Of a DNA stretch of 64,000 bases, positions 9,104-18,554 are shown piece by piece. A program made the position numbers and the translations under genes. Numbering within the stretch: the stretch's first letter is position 1; every line of letters starts with the position of its first letter. The DNA comes from Vicinamibacteria bacterium (GTDB taxonomy: Bacteria > Acidobacteriota > Vicinamibacteria > Marinacidobacterales > Marinacidobacteraceae). The notes under the pieces are model-generated. The model worked only from the letters and a program-made list of their open reading frames with translations. It did no database searches and was not told the DNA's origin. The stretch is from the NCBI GenBank assembly GCA_964291235.2, contig OZ219816.1, positions 736,001-800,000 of the forward strand, in the 5' to 3' direction.

Positions 9104-10831
9104 GTGTCCCGTCTGCTTGACAAGAACCTGAGCCGCGCCGAATTCCTGAAGCTCTCGGGCGCCGCTGCCGCCGCCGGGCTCACGACTGCCGCCGGCTGCC
9201 AGCCCGCGGCGTCGAGCCGGCCCGACATGGTGGTCCATAACGCGCGGGTGTACACCTCGGAGTACTCCGAAGGCGCGGACACGATGGACCGGGCGGAAGC
9301 GTTCGCCGTCCAGCACGGGAAGTTCGTCGCCGTCGGTTCGAACGACGAGATCATGAACCTTGCCGGGCCCGGCGTCGAAGTCGTGGACGCCGGCGGGATG
9401 ACGGTGGTCCCCGGCTTCATCGACGCTCACTGCCACCCCGGCGGGATGCGGGATCTCTTCGAGGTGAACCTCGATGTCCGCACCATCGAGGACATCAAGC
9501 TGGCGATCCGTGCCGCCGCCGCCGACACCCAGGCGGGCTACTGGGTGGACGGGTTCAAGTACGACGACACCAAGGTCACGGGCGAGGACGGGGAATACCG
9601 CCGGATCACCAAGCACGATCTCGACGAAGCGACGACGGACGTTCCGGTCCGCGTTTCTCACCGGGGCGGCCATATCTACTGGTACAACTCGAAGGCCTTC
9701 GAGATGGCCGGGGTGACCAACGATGTCGCCGATCCACCAGGCGGCCGTTTCGAAAAGGACGCGAACGGGGAACTGACGGGCCTCGTCGAGGAGCGCGCCG
9801 ACGACGTCTTCAACGGGGTCGGTCAGCGGCGGGTTTACGGCCGGGCCGAGTTCCGGCAGGGCGTCGCCCACATGTCGAAGCTGATGACCGCCGCCGGGAT
9901 CACCGGCGTCCACCAGACCGGCGGCGACTCCGAAGGTCTGCGGGCTCTCGAAGACGCGTACGCCGCGGGCGAGCTGCGCTACCGGATGTACTACTTCGCT
10001 TCCGGGAACTCGGACCTCTACAGCGGGTTGAAGGCCGCCGGGATCCACCGCGGCTTCGGCAACGAGTGGCTCCGGATCGGCGCGGTGAAGTACGGCGCCG
10101 ACGGGTCGGCCTCCGGCCGCACCATGTACATGAGCACTCCGTACGAGGGCACCGACGACCACGGCATCCTCACCATGACTCCGGAGGAGATCATGGAGGC
10201 GGTCGAGGATTCGCACGCGCACGACTTCCACATCGGAATTCACGCGAACGGCGACCTGACGATCGGCTACGTGCTCGATGCCTACGAGAAGGTGCTCGCC
10301 GAGGCGCCCCGGGACGCCCGGCACCGCCTTGAGCACTGCTCGCTGGTGAACCCCGAACTGCTCGAGCGGATTCGGGACACCGGCTCCATTCCCACCCCGT
10401 TCTGGACCTATGTCCACTACCACGGGAACAAGTGGGTGGAGTACGGCGAAGAGAAAATGAAGTGGATGTTCGCCCACAAGTCCTTCCTCGACTACGACAT
10501 TCCGGTCGCCGGCGCCTCCGACTACGTGCCGGGGCCCTACGAGCCGATGATGGCGCTCCAGGCCATGGTGACCCGCAAGGACACCCAGGGCCGGATCTGG
10601 GGTGAGAACCAGAAGGTCACTGTGGACCAGGGGCTCCGGATCGGCACGATCAACGGCGCCCACGCCTCGTTCGAGGAGAACCTGAAGGGCAGCATCAAGG
10701 CCGGCAAGCTGGCGGACTTCGTGATGCTCGAGCAGGACCCCCATGACGTCGCCGCGAGCGATCCGGACCAGATCAAGCACATCGCCATCCACCGCACCGT
10801 GGTGGGCGGCAAGACCATGCACCAGATTTAG
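9104..10831 (+). CDS. YtcJ-like amidohydrolase (Amidohydro_3), probably exported
   Basis: PGFIDAHCH, HANGD, RHRLEH, GASD, GKLADFV; N-terminal SRAEFLK Tat-like signal with Cys. Confidence 0.9.
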   Translation: MSRLLDKNLSRAEFLKLSGAAAAAGLTTAAGCQPAASSRPDMVVHNARVYTSEYSEGADTMDRAEAFAVQHGKFVAVGSNDEIMNLAGPGVEVVDAGGMTVVPGFIDAHCHPGGMRDLFEVNLDVRTIEDIKLAIRAAAADTQAGYWVDGFKYDDTKVTGEDGEYRRITKHDLDEATTDVPVRVSHRGGHIYWYNSKAFEMAGVTNDVADPPGGRFEKDANGELTGLVEERADDVFNGVGQRRVYGRAEFRQGVAHMSKLMTAAGITGVHQTGGDSEGLRALEDAYAAGELRYRMYYFASGNSDLYSGLKAAGIHRGFGNEWLRIGAVKYGADGSASGRTMYMSTPYEGTDDHGILTMTPEEIMEAVEDSHAHDFHIGIHANGDLTIGYVLDAYEKVLAEAPRDARHRLEHCSLVNPELLERIRDTGSIPTPFWTYVHYHGNKWVEYGEEKMKWMFAHKSFLDYDIPVAGASDYVPGPYEPMMALQAMVTRKDTQGRIWGENQKVTVDQGLRIGTINGAHASFEENLKGSIKAGKLADFVMLEQDPHDVAASDPDQIKHIAIHRTVVGGKTMHQI

Positions 10832-10835
10832 CCAG

Positions 10836-11345
10836 GGAACGCCGGCCTCCAGGCCGGCACAGCCCCGCCGCAGGCGGGGCGGCGGGACGGTCTCCCCCGT
10901 GTCAGGACGGTTCCCCTCTCGGCAGGGACCCCACCAGCCTTGATGTCGCTCAGGCAGAGCCCCGGCGCCGGCGGGGTGGCGGAACGGTCCCCCTGTTGAG
11001 CACAGCCGGCGGGCGACCGCAATGGAACGCCGGCCTCCAGGCCGGCACAGCCCCGCCGCAGGCGGGGCGGCGGGACGGTCTCCCCCGTGTCAGGACGGTT
11101 CCCCTCTCGGCAGGGCCCCCACCAGCCTTGATGTCGCTCAGGCAGAGCCCCGGCGCCGGCGGGGTGGCGGAACGGTCCCTCTGTTGAGCACACCCGGCGG
11201 GCGACCGCAATGGAACGCCGGCCTCCAGGCCGGCACAGCCCCGCCGCCGGCGGGGCGGCGGGACGGTCTCCCCAATGTCAGGACGGTTCCCCTCTCGGCA
11301 GGGACCCCACCAGCCTTGATGTCGCCGAGGCACAGCCCCGCCGCC
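10836..11345. repeat. Tandem array of ~2.7 x 188-bp units, each starting with a REP-like hairpin
   Basis: GGAACGCCGGCCTCCAGGCCGGCAC starts at 10836, 11024 and 11212 (period 188); units nearly identical. Confidence 0.95.
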
Positions 11346-11430
11346 GTCGGGTGAGGGGCTGCGGTGTTGCAGGGAGGAAGGCGCAGGGGCGTTACGCCGT
11401 CGCGGGACGTCGGGCTGTGGCTGGTACGCG

Positions 11431-11480
11431 CCTGCCGCCCGCCTGCGGCGGGCTGTGCCGACCTGGAGGTCGGCGTTCCC
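11431..11480 (-). repeat. Inverted REP-like copy closing the array
   Basis: Reverse complement GGGAACGCCGACCTCCAGGTCGGCACAGCCCGCCGCAGGCGGGCGGCAGG matches the unit head with a compensatory stem change. Confidence 0.85.
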
Positions 11481-11540
11481 GTGCCTGCGCGCCGTGAGGC
11501 CGGTCGGAGACCGGCTCAGCCCGCGGGAGCGATCTCCCGG

Positions 11541-11996
11541 TCAGCCCTTGGCGCGGAGCTTCGCGGCGATGAACGCGGGGTGCTCGACGTGCAGCAGGGT
11601 CGCCACCTTGCGGATGGTCTGTTCTTCCTCCCCGGCGAGCCAGCCGTCCGCAAACGCGACCCGGAACAGCAGCTCGATAATGGTCGCCTTGTGTTCCTTC
11701 GCCAGACTCCGGTCCACCAGCCGGGTGAACTCGTAGAGGGAAACCGCCTCCGCGGACCGGCGGCCGGCCATCCCGACGATCTCGGCGGTCTCCCCGGTGC
11801 TGAGACCGAAAGCTGACTCCAGGCTCCGGACGATTTCCTGACGCTCCCGCTCGTCCACGTGGTGGTCGGCGGCGGACACCTCCAGCAGGAGGACGGCGGT
11901 CGCGATCTGCACGTCGCGTGGCGACGGCGGCGGGGGAGGGGTGTGGTCGGGGCGGCTATGCCCGCCGCCCTTCACCAGATCGCTGATCCAACCCAT
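11541..11996 (-). CDS. TerB-family (tellurite resistance/DjlA N-terminal-like) protein
   Basis: AVLLLEVSAADHHVDERE...SLYEFT...VAFADGWLAGEEEQTIRKVA duplicated ADG-like motif. Confidence 0.85.
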   Translation of the reverse strand: MGWISDLVKGGGHSRPDHTPPPPPSPRDVQIATAVLLLEVSAADHHVDERERQEIVRSLESAFGLSTGETAEIVGMAGRRSAEAVSLYEFTRLVDRSLAKEHKATIIELLFRVAFADGWLAGEEEQTIRKVATLLHVEHPAFIAAKLRAKG

Positions 11997-12066
11997 GGGG
12001 GGCCTCCGTTTTTGCGACCGCGGCGCCCCGAGGCACCCGACGCAAGAGTGAAACCCGCGTTCTCGT

Positions 12067-12456
12067 TCATGCTCCCACCGGCCAGTGCTCCAGCCGGATT
12101 CCTTCCATGGGGAAGTCCTTCGGATTTCCCGTTACGAGCAACGCGGACGCGGAATAGGCGGCGGCGGCGATCAGGCAGTCGGACTGAGGCAGGGGCATTC
12201 CTCTGGATGCGAAGCGTTGACGCCATTCGCCCGCTCTCCGCCCTTGTTCGAGTCCCAGCGGGAGAATCACCAAGCCGCGCACGAGATCGTCCGTCCGACC
12301 CGTTTCGTCCGGACGAAGACCGCGGTACACCTCTTCGATGTTGATCGCTGTGGTGCAGGCGACGTCACCACGAGACCGTAGTCGCCGCATCCGAACGACG
12401 GCGGGACGACCGCGCAGGTGGTCAATGAGCACCGTGCTGTCGAGCAGCACGAGCAT
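12067..12456 (-). CDS. vapC: VapC-type PIN-domain toxin
   Basis: LLDSTVLID, NIEEV, DCLIAAAA, LVTGNPKDF. Confidence 0.9.
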   Translation of the reverse strand: MLVLLDSTVLIDHLRGRPAVVRMRRLRSRGDVACTTAINIEEVYRGLRPDETGRTDDLVRGLVILPLGLEQGRRAGEWRQRFASRGMPLPQSDCLIAAAAYSASALLVTGNPKDFPMEGIRLEHWPVGA

Positions 12457-12460
12457 TTCC

Positions 12461-12700
12461 TCATCCAGCCCCGCGGGGATCCTCGCGGCGTCCTCGCCGG
12501 ACCCACTCTGCCGGATCGTCGTCCCACTCGTGTCCGTGGTCCGGAATGCTCCCGGCGGCCTTCTCGATCAGATCCCACCGGTTCTGGTGTTCCACGGCAG
12601 CGCGCACGGCCTTCCGGATGAATGCGCTGCGCCCTCGCCGTCCGGCGAGCGCATCCACCCGCTCGATCAACTCGTCCTCAACATGGACGTGTAAACGCAT
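12461..12700 (-). CDS. vapB: Ribbon-helix-helix (CopG-like) antitoxin
   Basis: RLHVHVEDELIERVDALAG...RSAFIRKAV; immediately upstream of the PIN gene. Confidence 0.8.
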   Translation of the reverse strand: MRLHVHVEDELIERVDALAGRRGRSAFIRKAVRAAVEHQNRWDLIEKAAGSIPDHGHEWDDDPAEWVRRGRREDPRGAG

Positions 12701-12759
12701 GTGCCAATGTTAGCCCACACCGGCGGTGAACATGGGACTTCGGGGAAAAGGGCCAGGAT

Positions 12760-14337
12760 CTATGCCGCTGCCGGGCGGCGCGAGCGCCAGATCCAGAGTC
12801 CGAAGGCGCCGAGACCGAAGAACATCACCAGGAGGCCTACGATCCCCCCAACGAACGGAACTTCGACGGCCAACACCAGAATCGCCAGGCCGAGGGCAAT
12901 CCGGCCGATGCGCTGGAGGTTGGTTGAGGCGAGGCCCAGGATTGCCTGGCCGATCACCATGGCGGCGACGACCCGGGAGGCGTAGAGGAGGAAGAGGTAG
13001 AGCGCACCGACCGCGAAGGCGACCGGCAGGCCGATGAAGGTGATCGCGAGGAGGAGCGCCGCGAAGGGGAGCCCCGCAAACAGCAGCAGGCCCAGAAGCA
13101 GGGGGGCGACGGGCCGTCCGCCGACGGCGGCGATGGCTCCCAGCGGCCCGGAGGCGAGCAGGACGAGCACCAGTCCGAGGGCGAGTCCCATGGCCCAGCG
13201 GGTCCCGACCCGCATGACCTCGTCCCAGACGCTGGTTTCCTCGGGTTCAGGCTCGGACCACTCCACGTTGGGGGCGCCGGGCTCCCGCTCCGGCTCCGTG
13301 GGGCCGGTGAAGTGGGCATCGCCGGCAAACGCCGCGCCGGACCCGAGAAACAGTGTTTCCCCGGTGAACTTGAAGTCGCCCTCGATGGGTGCGTCCAATT
13401 CGAGTCTGGTTCCCCCGGCAAGGACCGAGCCTCCGACCGGCCCCGCGACCGAGAGGCGGTCACCGGCCATCATGATGCCGCCTCCGACGCTGCCGCCGGG
13501 AAGGACCGAGACGGTCTCGGCCCCAGCCGCCAGCCCGCGCCCCAGATCGCCGCTGATCCGCACCGACTGCGCCGCGCCGCGCAGGCTGAGGCCGACGCTG
13601 CCCTCCATGTTGATTTCGTTTCCGAATCCGAAGACATCGCCATCCACGCGCCCCGTGATCGTGAGCGAACGTCCGGCGAAATAGAGATCCCCCCGCACGG
13701 TGCCGGCGACCACGGCCTCGTTGCAAAGAAGCAGCAGGTCGTCGTTCACCGTCCGTTCCACGGCGATGCGGCAGCGGCCGGTGTCTCCGCCGATCACTTC
13801 GAGCGCTTGCGCGGGCGCACTGAAGGCGCCGAGCCCGGGAACCAGCGCTGCCAGCAGCAGCGGCATGGCGCCGGCCCGGGGACGGCGGATGGCGTTCGAG
13901 GCCAGGGCAATACCGAAGAGAGTCATGATGACGATGCCTCCGTAGGCAATCTGAAGTCCGATCTGCTGTACGTCCAGCAGCGAAAGAAGGCGAAAACCCA
14001 GATCCGAGAGGACGGGAAGGGCGTCCGGCATCGCGGCCTCGGCCGCCGCTTCGCTCACGCCGAGGAAGAAGCGGCGGAGCGCCACCAGGCCCAGCGAGAG
14101 CACGAGCCCGGCGGCCACCACCCAGCCGAGCTCTCGCGAGACCTCGGGGGCTCCGGCCACCTCGGGCGCCACGGCCGCGCGCAGGAGGTCGCCCTCCCGG
14201 CGGAGCCCCTCGTAGAGGCGGTGGCAGGGGAAGCAGCGGGTCAGGTGGGAGCGCGCCGCGGCCGCCTCCGCCCGGGGCAATTCCTCATCCAGCAGGGCGA
14301 CGAGCCGCAACTCGGAGAGATGCTGAATTTCGGCCAT
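12760..14337 (-). CDS. Zinc-finger anti-sigma factor fused to bactofilin-like beta-helix repeats and a multi-TM domain
   Basis: H...HLTRCFPC ZAS motif, TM segments, repeated (I/V)xGxVxGD motifs, hydrophobic C-terminus; coupled to sigma gene. Confidence 0.75.
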   Translation of the reverse strand: MAEIQHLSELRLVALLDEELPRAEAAAARSHLTRCFPCHRLYEGLRREGDLLRAAVAPEVAGAPEVSRELGWVVAAGLVLSLGLVALRRFFLGVSEAAAEAAMPDALPVLSDLGFRLLSLLDVQQIGLQIAYGGIVIMTLFGIALASNAIRRPRAGAMPLLLAALVPGLGAFSAPAQALEVIGGDTGRCRIAVERTVNDDLLLLCNEAVVAGTVRGDLYFAGRSLTITGRVDGDVFGFGNEINMEGSVGLSLRGAAQSVRISGDLGRGLAAGAETVSVLPGGSVGGGIMMAGDRLSVAGPVGGSVLAGGTRLELDAPIEGDFKFTGETLFLGSGAAFAGDAHFTGPTEPEREPGAPNVEWSEPEPEETSVWDEVMRVGTRWAMGLALGLVLVLLASGPLGAIAAVGGRPVAPLLLGLLLFAGLPFAALLLAITFIGLPVAFAVGALYLFLLYASRVVAAMVIGQAILGLASTNLQRIGRIALGLAILVLAVEVPFVGGIVGLLVMFFGLGAFGLWIWRSRRPAAA

Positions 14338-14933
14338 CAGGTCACCTCCTCCCCCGCGAGGCGGTCCCGCATCCGGCGGCGCCCGCGGAGCAGGACAACG
14401 CCCACGTTGTTCGGGGTGATTCCGAGGATCTCCCCGATCTCGCGGTAGCTGAGCCCGGCGCCGTAGCGGAGGGTCAGCGCGAAGCGCTGCCGGAGCGGCA
14501 GCCCCGAGAGCGCGGCGCGGACGTGCTCGCGCCGCTCCTGGGTGATCAGCCGGTCAAGCGGGCTCGCGGCGTCGGATGCCAGTTGGGCCGTCCCCTCGTC
14601 GTCGAGGGGCTCGGAGCGGCGGTTCTTGCGTGCTTCGTCCCAGCATCGGTTGGCGGCAATCCGGAACAGCCACGGCCCAAAGGGGCGCCCGGCGTCGAAG
14701 GAATCCAGCCGGAAGCGGGTCTTCATCATGATCTCCGCGGCCAGGTCCTCGCCGCTGTCGCCCGGGAGCGTCCGGCGGCAAAACGCGAGTACCTGGGGAT
14801 GGAAGTGCTCGTACAGCGTTCCCCAGGCATCCCGGCTGGCGGCCTGTTCCGCTTCTGGTCCACCGGCCGCGCTCGCTCGGTCGGCTTCCTGGCAGATGCG
14901 GACAAGCCGGTTGATTTCCTGATCGTGGAGCAT
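14337..14933 (-). CDS. ECF RNA polymerase sigma-70 factor
   Basis: EDLAAE, FGPWLFRIAANRCWD (region 2), LSYREIGEILG (region 4). Confidence 0.9.
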   Translation of the reverse strand: MLHDQEINRLVRICQEADRASAAGGPEAEQAASRDAWGTLYEHFHPQVLAFCRRTLPGDSGEDLAAEIMMKTRFRLDSFDAGRPFGPWLFRIAANRCWDEARKNRRSEPLDDEGTAQLASDAASPLDRLITQERREHVRAALSGLPLRQRFALTLRYGAGLSYREIGEILGITPNNVGVVLLRGRRRMRDRLAGEEVT

Positions 14934-15004
14934 CCCTCCGATTCCTATACGTCCCGGACCGACGGAAGTTACAGCGCGCGGCGCGGCTCACCGCCGCGTG
15001 TGTG

Positions 15005-15868
15005 ATGCTTCCGCGCCTTCAGGAGGCTTCGAGAGTGCGCAAACTGCTCAGGCGCTTCGCCGGCCGATTCGCGTTGACGCTTGCTCTGGTTCTCCTGGAG
15101 GCGGCGGGCTGGACCCTGTTTCCGCTGGTGATCGGGCGCGCGATTGACAGCGTCCTGGCCGACTCCGCGCGCGGTCTCTACGAGTTCGCCGCCCTCGGGA
15201 TCGGCACCATGGGGATCGGCATTGCCCGCCGTTTTGTGGACAGTCGGGCATACGCGCGGGTGTTTCGGCGGCTGGGCGAAGACCTGGTTACTCAGGACAC
15301 GGCGAGCGGTACCTCGATAAAGACGGCGCGCCTCCGAATGGTGCAGGAGTTCGTCGAGTTCTTCGAGAACCACATCCCCGGTCTGATCACGGGCGTCATC
15401 GGCCTCGGTGGCACCCTGCTCATTCTCTCGGCGCTCAACCGGCCGGTCTTTGTTGGCTGCCTGGGGGTCACGGCCGTCAGCGTGGTTCTCTACGCCCTGA
15501 CCGGCAAGCTCACCACCCGCTACCACGTCGGGCTCAACGACGAACAGGAACGTCAGGTGGACGCGGTCGAGAGCGGTGAGCCAGGCCGAGTCGCCGGACA
15601 TCTCCGGGCCCTCATGCGCTGGAACATCAAGTTGTCGGACCTGGAGGCGGTCAACTTCGGAGTGGTGTGGCTCTTCCTGATGGGACTGCTGGTCTTCTCG
15701 ATCGGGACGGCGGCGGAGCAGACCCTCGAGTACGGCACGGTGTTCGCCGTAGTGATGTACGTGTTCCAGTTCACCGAGTCCGTGATCGTGCTACCCCTCT
15801 ACTACCAGCAGTGGCTGCGGCTCCGGGAGATTTCGGGTCGGCTGAGCGTGATCGCCGGGCCGGCCTGA
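15005..15868 (+). CDS. Stand-alone ABC transporter six-TM domain protein (ABC_membrane_3-like)
   Basis: PLVIGRAID, RRFVDSRAYAR, EFVEFFE, LNDEQERQV; no ATPase domain. Confidence 0.7.
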   Translation: MLPRLQEASRVRKLLRRFAGRFALTLALVLLEAAGWTLFPLVIGRAIDSVLADSARGLYEFAALGIGTMGIGIARRFVDSRAYARVFRRLGEDLVTQDTASGTSIKTARLRMVQEFVEFFENHIPGLITGVIGLGGTLLILSALNRPVFVGCLGVTAVSVVLYALTGKLTTRYHVGLNDEQERQVDAVESGEPGRVAGHLRALMRWNIKLSDLEAVNFGVVWLFLMGLLVFSIGTAAEQTLEYGTVFAVVMYVFQFTESVIVLPLYYQQWLRLREISGRLSVIAGPA

Positions 15869-15913
15869 GGCTGACCCGCGGACCGAAAGAGGCCGGGGAC
15901 GCCGTGGGCCGAT

Positions 15914-16660
15914 TCAAAGAGTTGGCGTGAGGCTGAAATCGGTCCAGACGCCGAAGTGGTCGGAAAGGTGCTCGTCGCCGATCCGCTTGGGCCAGATTCC
16001 CATGTCAGTGCTGCGGGTCAGGTCGCCAGTGTGGCCGATGTGGTCAATCGCCAGACCCGGATCGCCGGGCAGCTCTCCGGTAGTCGCGATTGTGAGGCCG
16101 TCGAAAGCCGACCTGAGGGCTCGGTACATGTGCTCCGGAGTTGTGCAGCGCGGGATGCGCTGGTTGAAGTCTCCCAAGACGACCGTCCGGACACCGGACG
16201 TTCGATACGGCAGTCGTTCAAACTCCCGGAGCCAAGCCTCGTGGTCCTCCCAACGCTTCCGGTCCCGCTGACCGCTCTTGACGTGAGCGCCAGCCCAGGG
16301 AATGCAAACCCCGACGACGGTTATCCGACCGATCGGGGTTGTGGTGACGCCCTTGACGAAACGGCCTTTGGGCAGGTCTGAAGAATCCTCGCGATCCTCT
16401 TCGGACCACGGGGCGCGGCTCCAGAGGAGCACTTTCCTGCGGTTCTGAGGCCGCACTCGGTAGCCCCAGTCCGTCCCGGCATCGATGATGCAGCCTTCGC
16501 TGGGCAGGAGACCTGCCGATCCCTCCGTTACGCACAGGATGTCGCAGTCGGTGTCCGCGAGGGCGGCACGGACGCGAGCCCCCCGTGGCCGATCGGGCAC
16601 GGCCCATTGAGTGTTCCAAGTGCCGATACGGACGGTGGGTGCCTGCGCATGCTGAACCAT
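15914..16660 (-). CDS. Endonuclease/exonuclease/phosphatase (EEP) family protein
   Basis: IGTWN, DILCVTE, VLGDFN, IDHI, SDHFGV. Confidence 0.9.
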   Translation of the reverse strand: MVQHAQAPTVRIGTWNTQWAVPDRPRGARVRAALADTDCDILCVTEGSAGLLPSEGCIIDAGTDWGYRVRPQNRRKVLLWSRAPWSEEDREDSSDLPKGRFVKGVTTTPIGRITVVGVCIPWAGAHVKSGQRDRKRWEDHEAWLREFERLPYRTSGVRTVVLGDFNQRIPRCTTPEHMYRALRSAFDGLTIATTGELPGDPGLAIDHIGHTGDLTRSTDMGIWPKRIGDEHLSDHFGVWTDFSLTPTL

Positions 16661-16734
16661 GGCGGCCGGGGACCGTACCACCCCGGCGCAGCGTCAGGCG
16701 TCGCCGGGTGGGCGGCGGCGGACGACCGTTCGGG

Positions 16735-17535
16735 CTATGCGCGGGGGGCAGCGACCGTGGGCCAGGCGCCGCGCACCGAGCCCCAATGGCGCGTCAACGA
16801 GCGGAACCCGGCGGATGATGGATCCGGAGTGGCCGGGCTTCCCTGTGAATCCAGGTAGAGGCTGCCGACTTCACTTGCGGGAAGGTCCGCCACCAGTGTC
16901 CGGGCCTCGTCCATCGCGGTGAGCCAGCGGCGCTTGAGGGCGCCGAGGTCGAGCGGTTCCCGGAGCGCCAGCCGGTGGAGGTCCGTTTCGGTATAGGCCG
17001 CGTGCCGCGCCGTCTGCTCCAGCAGGAAGTCCGGGGTGTAGCCCGGATCCTGGCCGCAGGCGGCCCACGCCAGCGCACCCAGCGACAGGTAGGTGTCGTG
17101 GAGATGGAGCACGTCCACGAAGTCGCGGATCTCGTTGCGTCCGGCCAGCGCCAGGACCTTGTTGATGGCGGCGTCGGCATCGTGCAAGCGATAACCGCAC
17201 CGGTCGTCCTGCTGAATCGGATAGAACCGGAACGCGCTGTCATGAGCCCACTCGATCCTCAGCGAGGCGGCGCCCAATCGGGTGACCGCGCGGTGAAATG
17301 CCGAGGTCCGGAGCAGCCAGGACACCTCGTAGCCGGCTTCCCGCAGGGTTGTCGCATCCGCCTCCGCGCAGAGGGCCACGCTTTCTTCCAGGTCGTGGAA
17401 GAGATCGAGATCGAGCGAATAGCGTGGCGTCCGTTTCTCCCGGTGGAGCACCGTCGCGCCAGCGACATAACTGTCCGGGCTGCGGTTGCACGCAATGAGG
17501 CGCAAGACCTCAACCTGGAAGGGACTTAGCGGCAT
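16735..17535 (-). CDS. AbiEii-like nucleotidyltransferase (putative toxin)
   Basis: VAGATVL...RYSLDLDLF, NKVLALAGR...RDFVD; start at MPLSPFQ overlaps the upstream gene. Confidence 0.7.
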   Translation of the reverse strand: MPLSPFQVEVLRLIACNRSPDSYVAGATVLHREKRTPRYSLDLDLFHDLEESVALCAEADATTLREAGYEVSWLLRTSAFHRAVTRLGAASLRIEWAHDSAFRFYPIQQDDRCGYRLHDADAAINKVLALAGRNEIRDFVDVLHLHDTYLSLGALAWAACGQDPGYTPDFLLEQTARHAAYTETDLHRLALREPLDLGALKRRWLTAMDEARTLVADLPASEVGSLYLDSQGSPATPDPSSAGFRSLTRHWGSVRGAWPTVAAPRA

Positions 17536-17798
17536 AGCCGGGCGGCGATTCGGAACCCCTTCCGTCCGCCGTGCTGCCGGAGGCCGCGGACGATCTCGGG
17601 GATATCTTCGAGCGTAACGATCAGATCGGGGCGCAGGTACCAGAAGCACTGGGCGCGAAACTCGCGGAACGCCCGCCGCGCCTCACGCACCCGGACCATG
17701 TCCCGGGCCTCGTCGGAAGAGAGGTTGCGGCGGCTCCGCAATCCACCCCGTCGACCAATTCGGGAGAAGTACTCCCTCACTGCGGGGGGCGGGTCCAT
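17526..17798 (-). CDS. Small partner protein (putative antitoxin)
   Basis: 90 aa; SRIGRRGG N-terminus and CFWY...IVRGLRQHGG; 10-bp overlap with NTase; TAGAAT 6 nt upstream of ATG. Confidence 0.6.
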   Translation of the reverse strand: MDPPPAVREYFSRIGRRGGLRSRRNLSSDEARDMVRVREARRAFREFRAQCFWYLRPDLIVTLEDIPEIVRGLRQHGGRKGFRIAARLCR

Positions 17799-17891
17799 GT
17801 GCGCATTCTAACGTAAGCAGTTTATGTTTGAATGCAATACGCGAGTGAGCGTGGCGCAACCCGGGGCCGTCGGTTTCGCGCTCCCGCGCGA

Positions 17892-17906
17892 TGCCGACCG
17901 GAGGTC
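17892..17906 (+). repeat. att core, left copy
   Basis: TGCCGACCGGAGGTC, identical to 26708-26722. Confidence 0.8.
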
Positions 17907-17934
17907 TGCTTCTGAATGGATTTAAATTGCGATT

Positions 17935-17947
17935 TATCAATGAGTTA
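17935..17947 (+). promoter_or_regulatory. IHF consensus site in left att arm
   Basis: TATCAATGAGTTA is an exact match to WATCAANNNNTTR, in an AT-rich patch. Confidence 0.7.
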
Positions 17948-18554
17948 CGTGCAGTTCTAAAATCCAGATATCACTGCGGCTATCACGCACGGCGATGACC
18001 GGGTCGCGTCGACTCTTGTAGGAACGGTCGGGAAGTCAAGGTAAGCGTTCGGTCGTGGGGGCATGGAGCAGACGCCCGTGTCACTCTCCCGCCGGCAGAG
18101 CCCGATGTTCCTGGTCCGGCGTTCGGCGGCCTCGTCAGGGCGGGGTAGCGGTGTTTTCCTGTGGAATGAGGGCGCCGACAACACCGCACTGCGCCAGCGT
18201 TTACACGACAGCGCGCAAATCAAGGACGACACGAGAATCGTGGGTGACCAGCACGGCGAGATCGCCTTGTTGTTCGACGGCGTCGCCCTCGCTCTTGGGA
18301 TGCGGCGCAGCGGTGCGAAGCAGTGAGGGACCACCACATACCCCCACGACCGAACGCTTACAAGTCAAGTCTGGAAGTCTGATCGGATGACAGCCGTTCC
18401 GCGGGGGCAGCGGCCACCGATCGGGCCGCGATGTCCCTGGGGACGGGACGCGGAAGGTGCATGCATGGCGGGCCTTCCGGAGGGCGCCATCGTATGCGTC
18501 CCGACGCCGGCCCGCAGGCCGGCGCCGGTCGCTGCCTCCGGACGGGGAGATTGG

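Noticed and set aside
10836-11345. CRISPR array
   Set aside because: Inter-hairpin sequences are nearly identical between units, the period is 188 bp, and there are no cas genes.
10828-11497. ORFs over the repeat array
   Set aside because: They are repetitive translations of the REP units with no protein-like features.
17957-18390. Short ORFs at the island's left end (possible excisionase)
   Set aside because: No HTH/AlpA motif and conflicting overlapping frames; cannot be supported.
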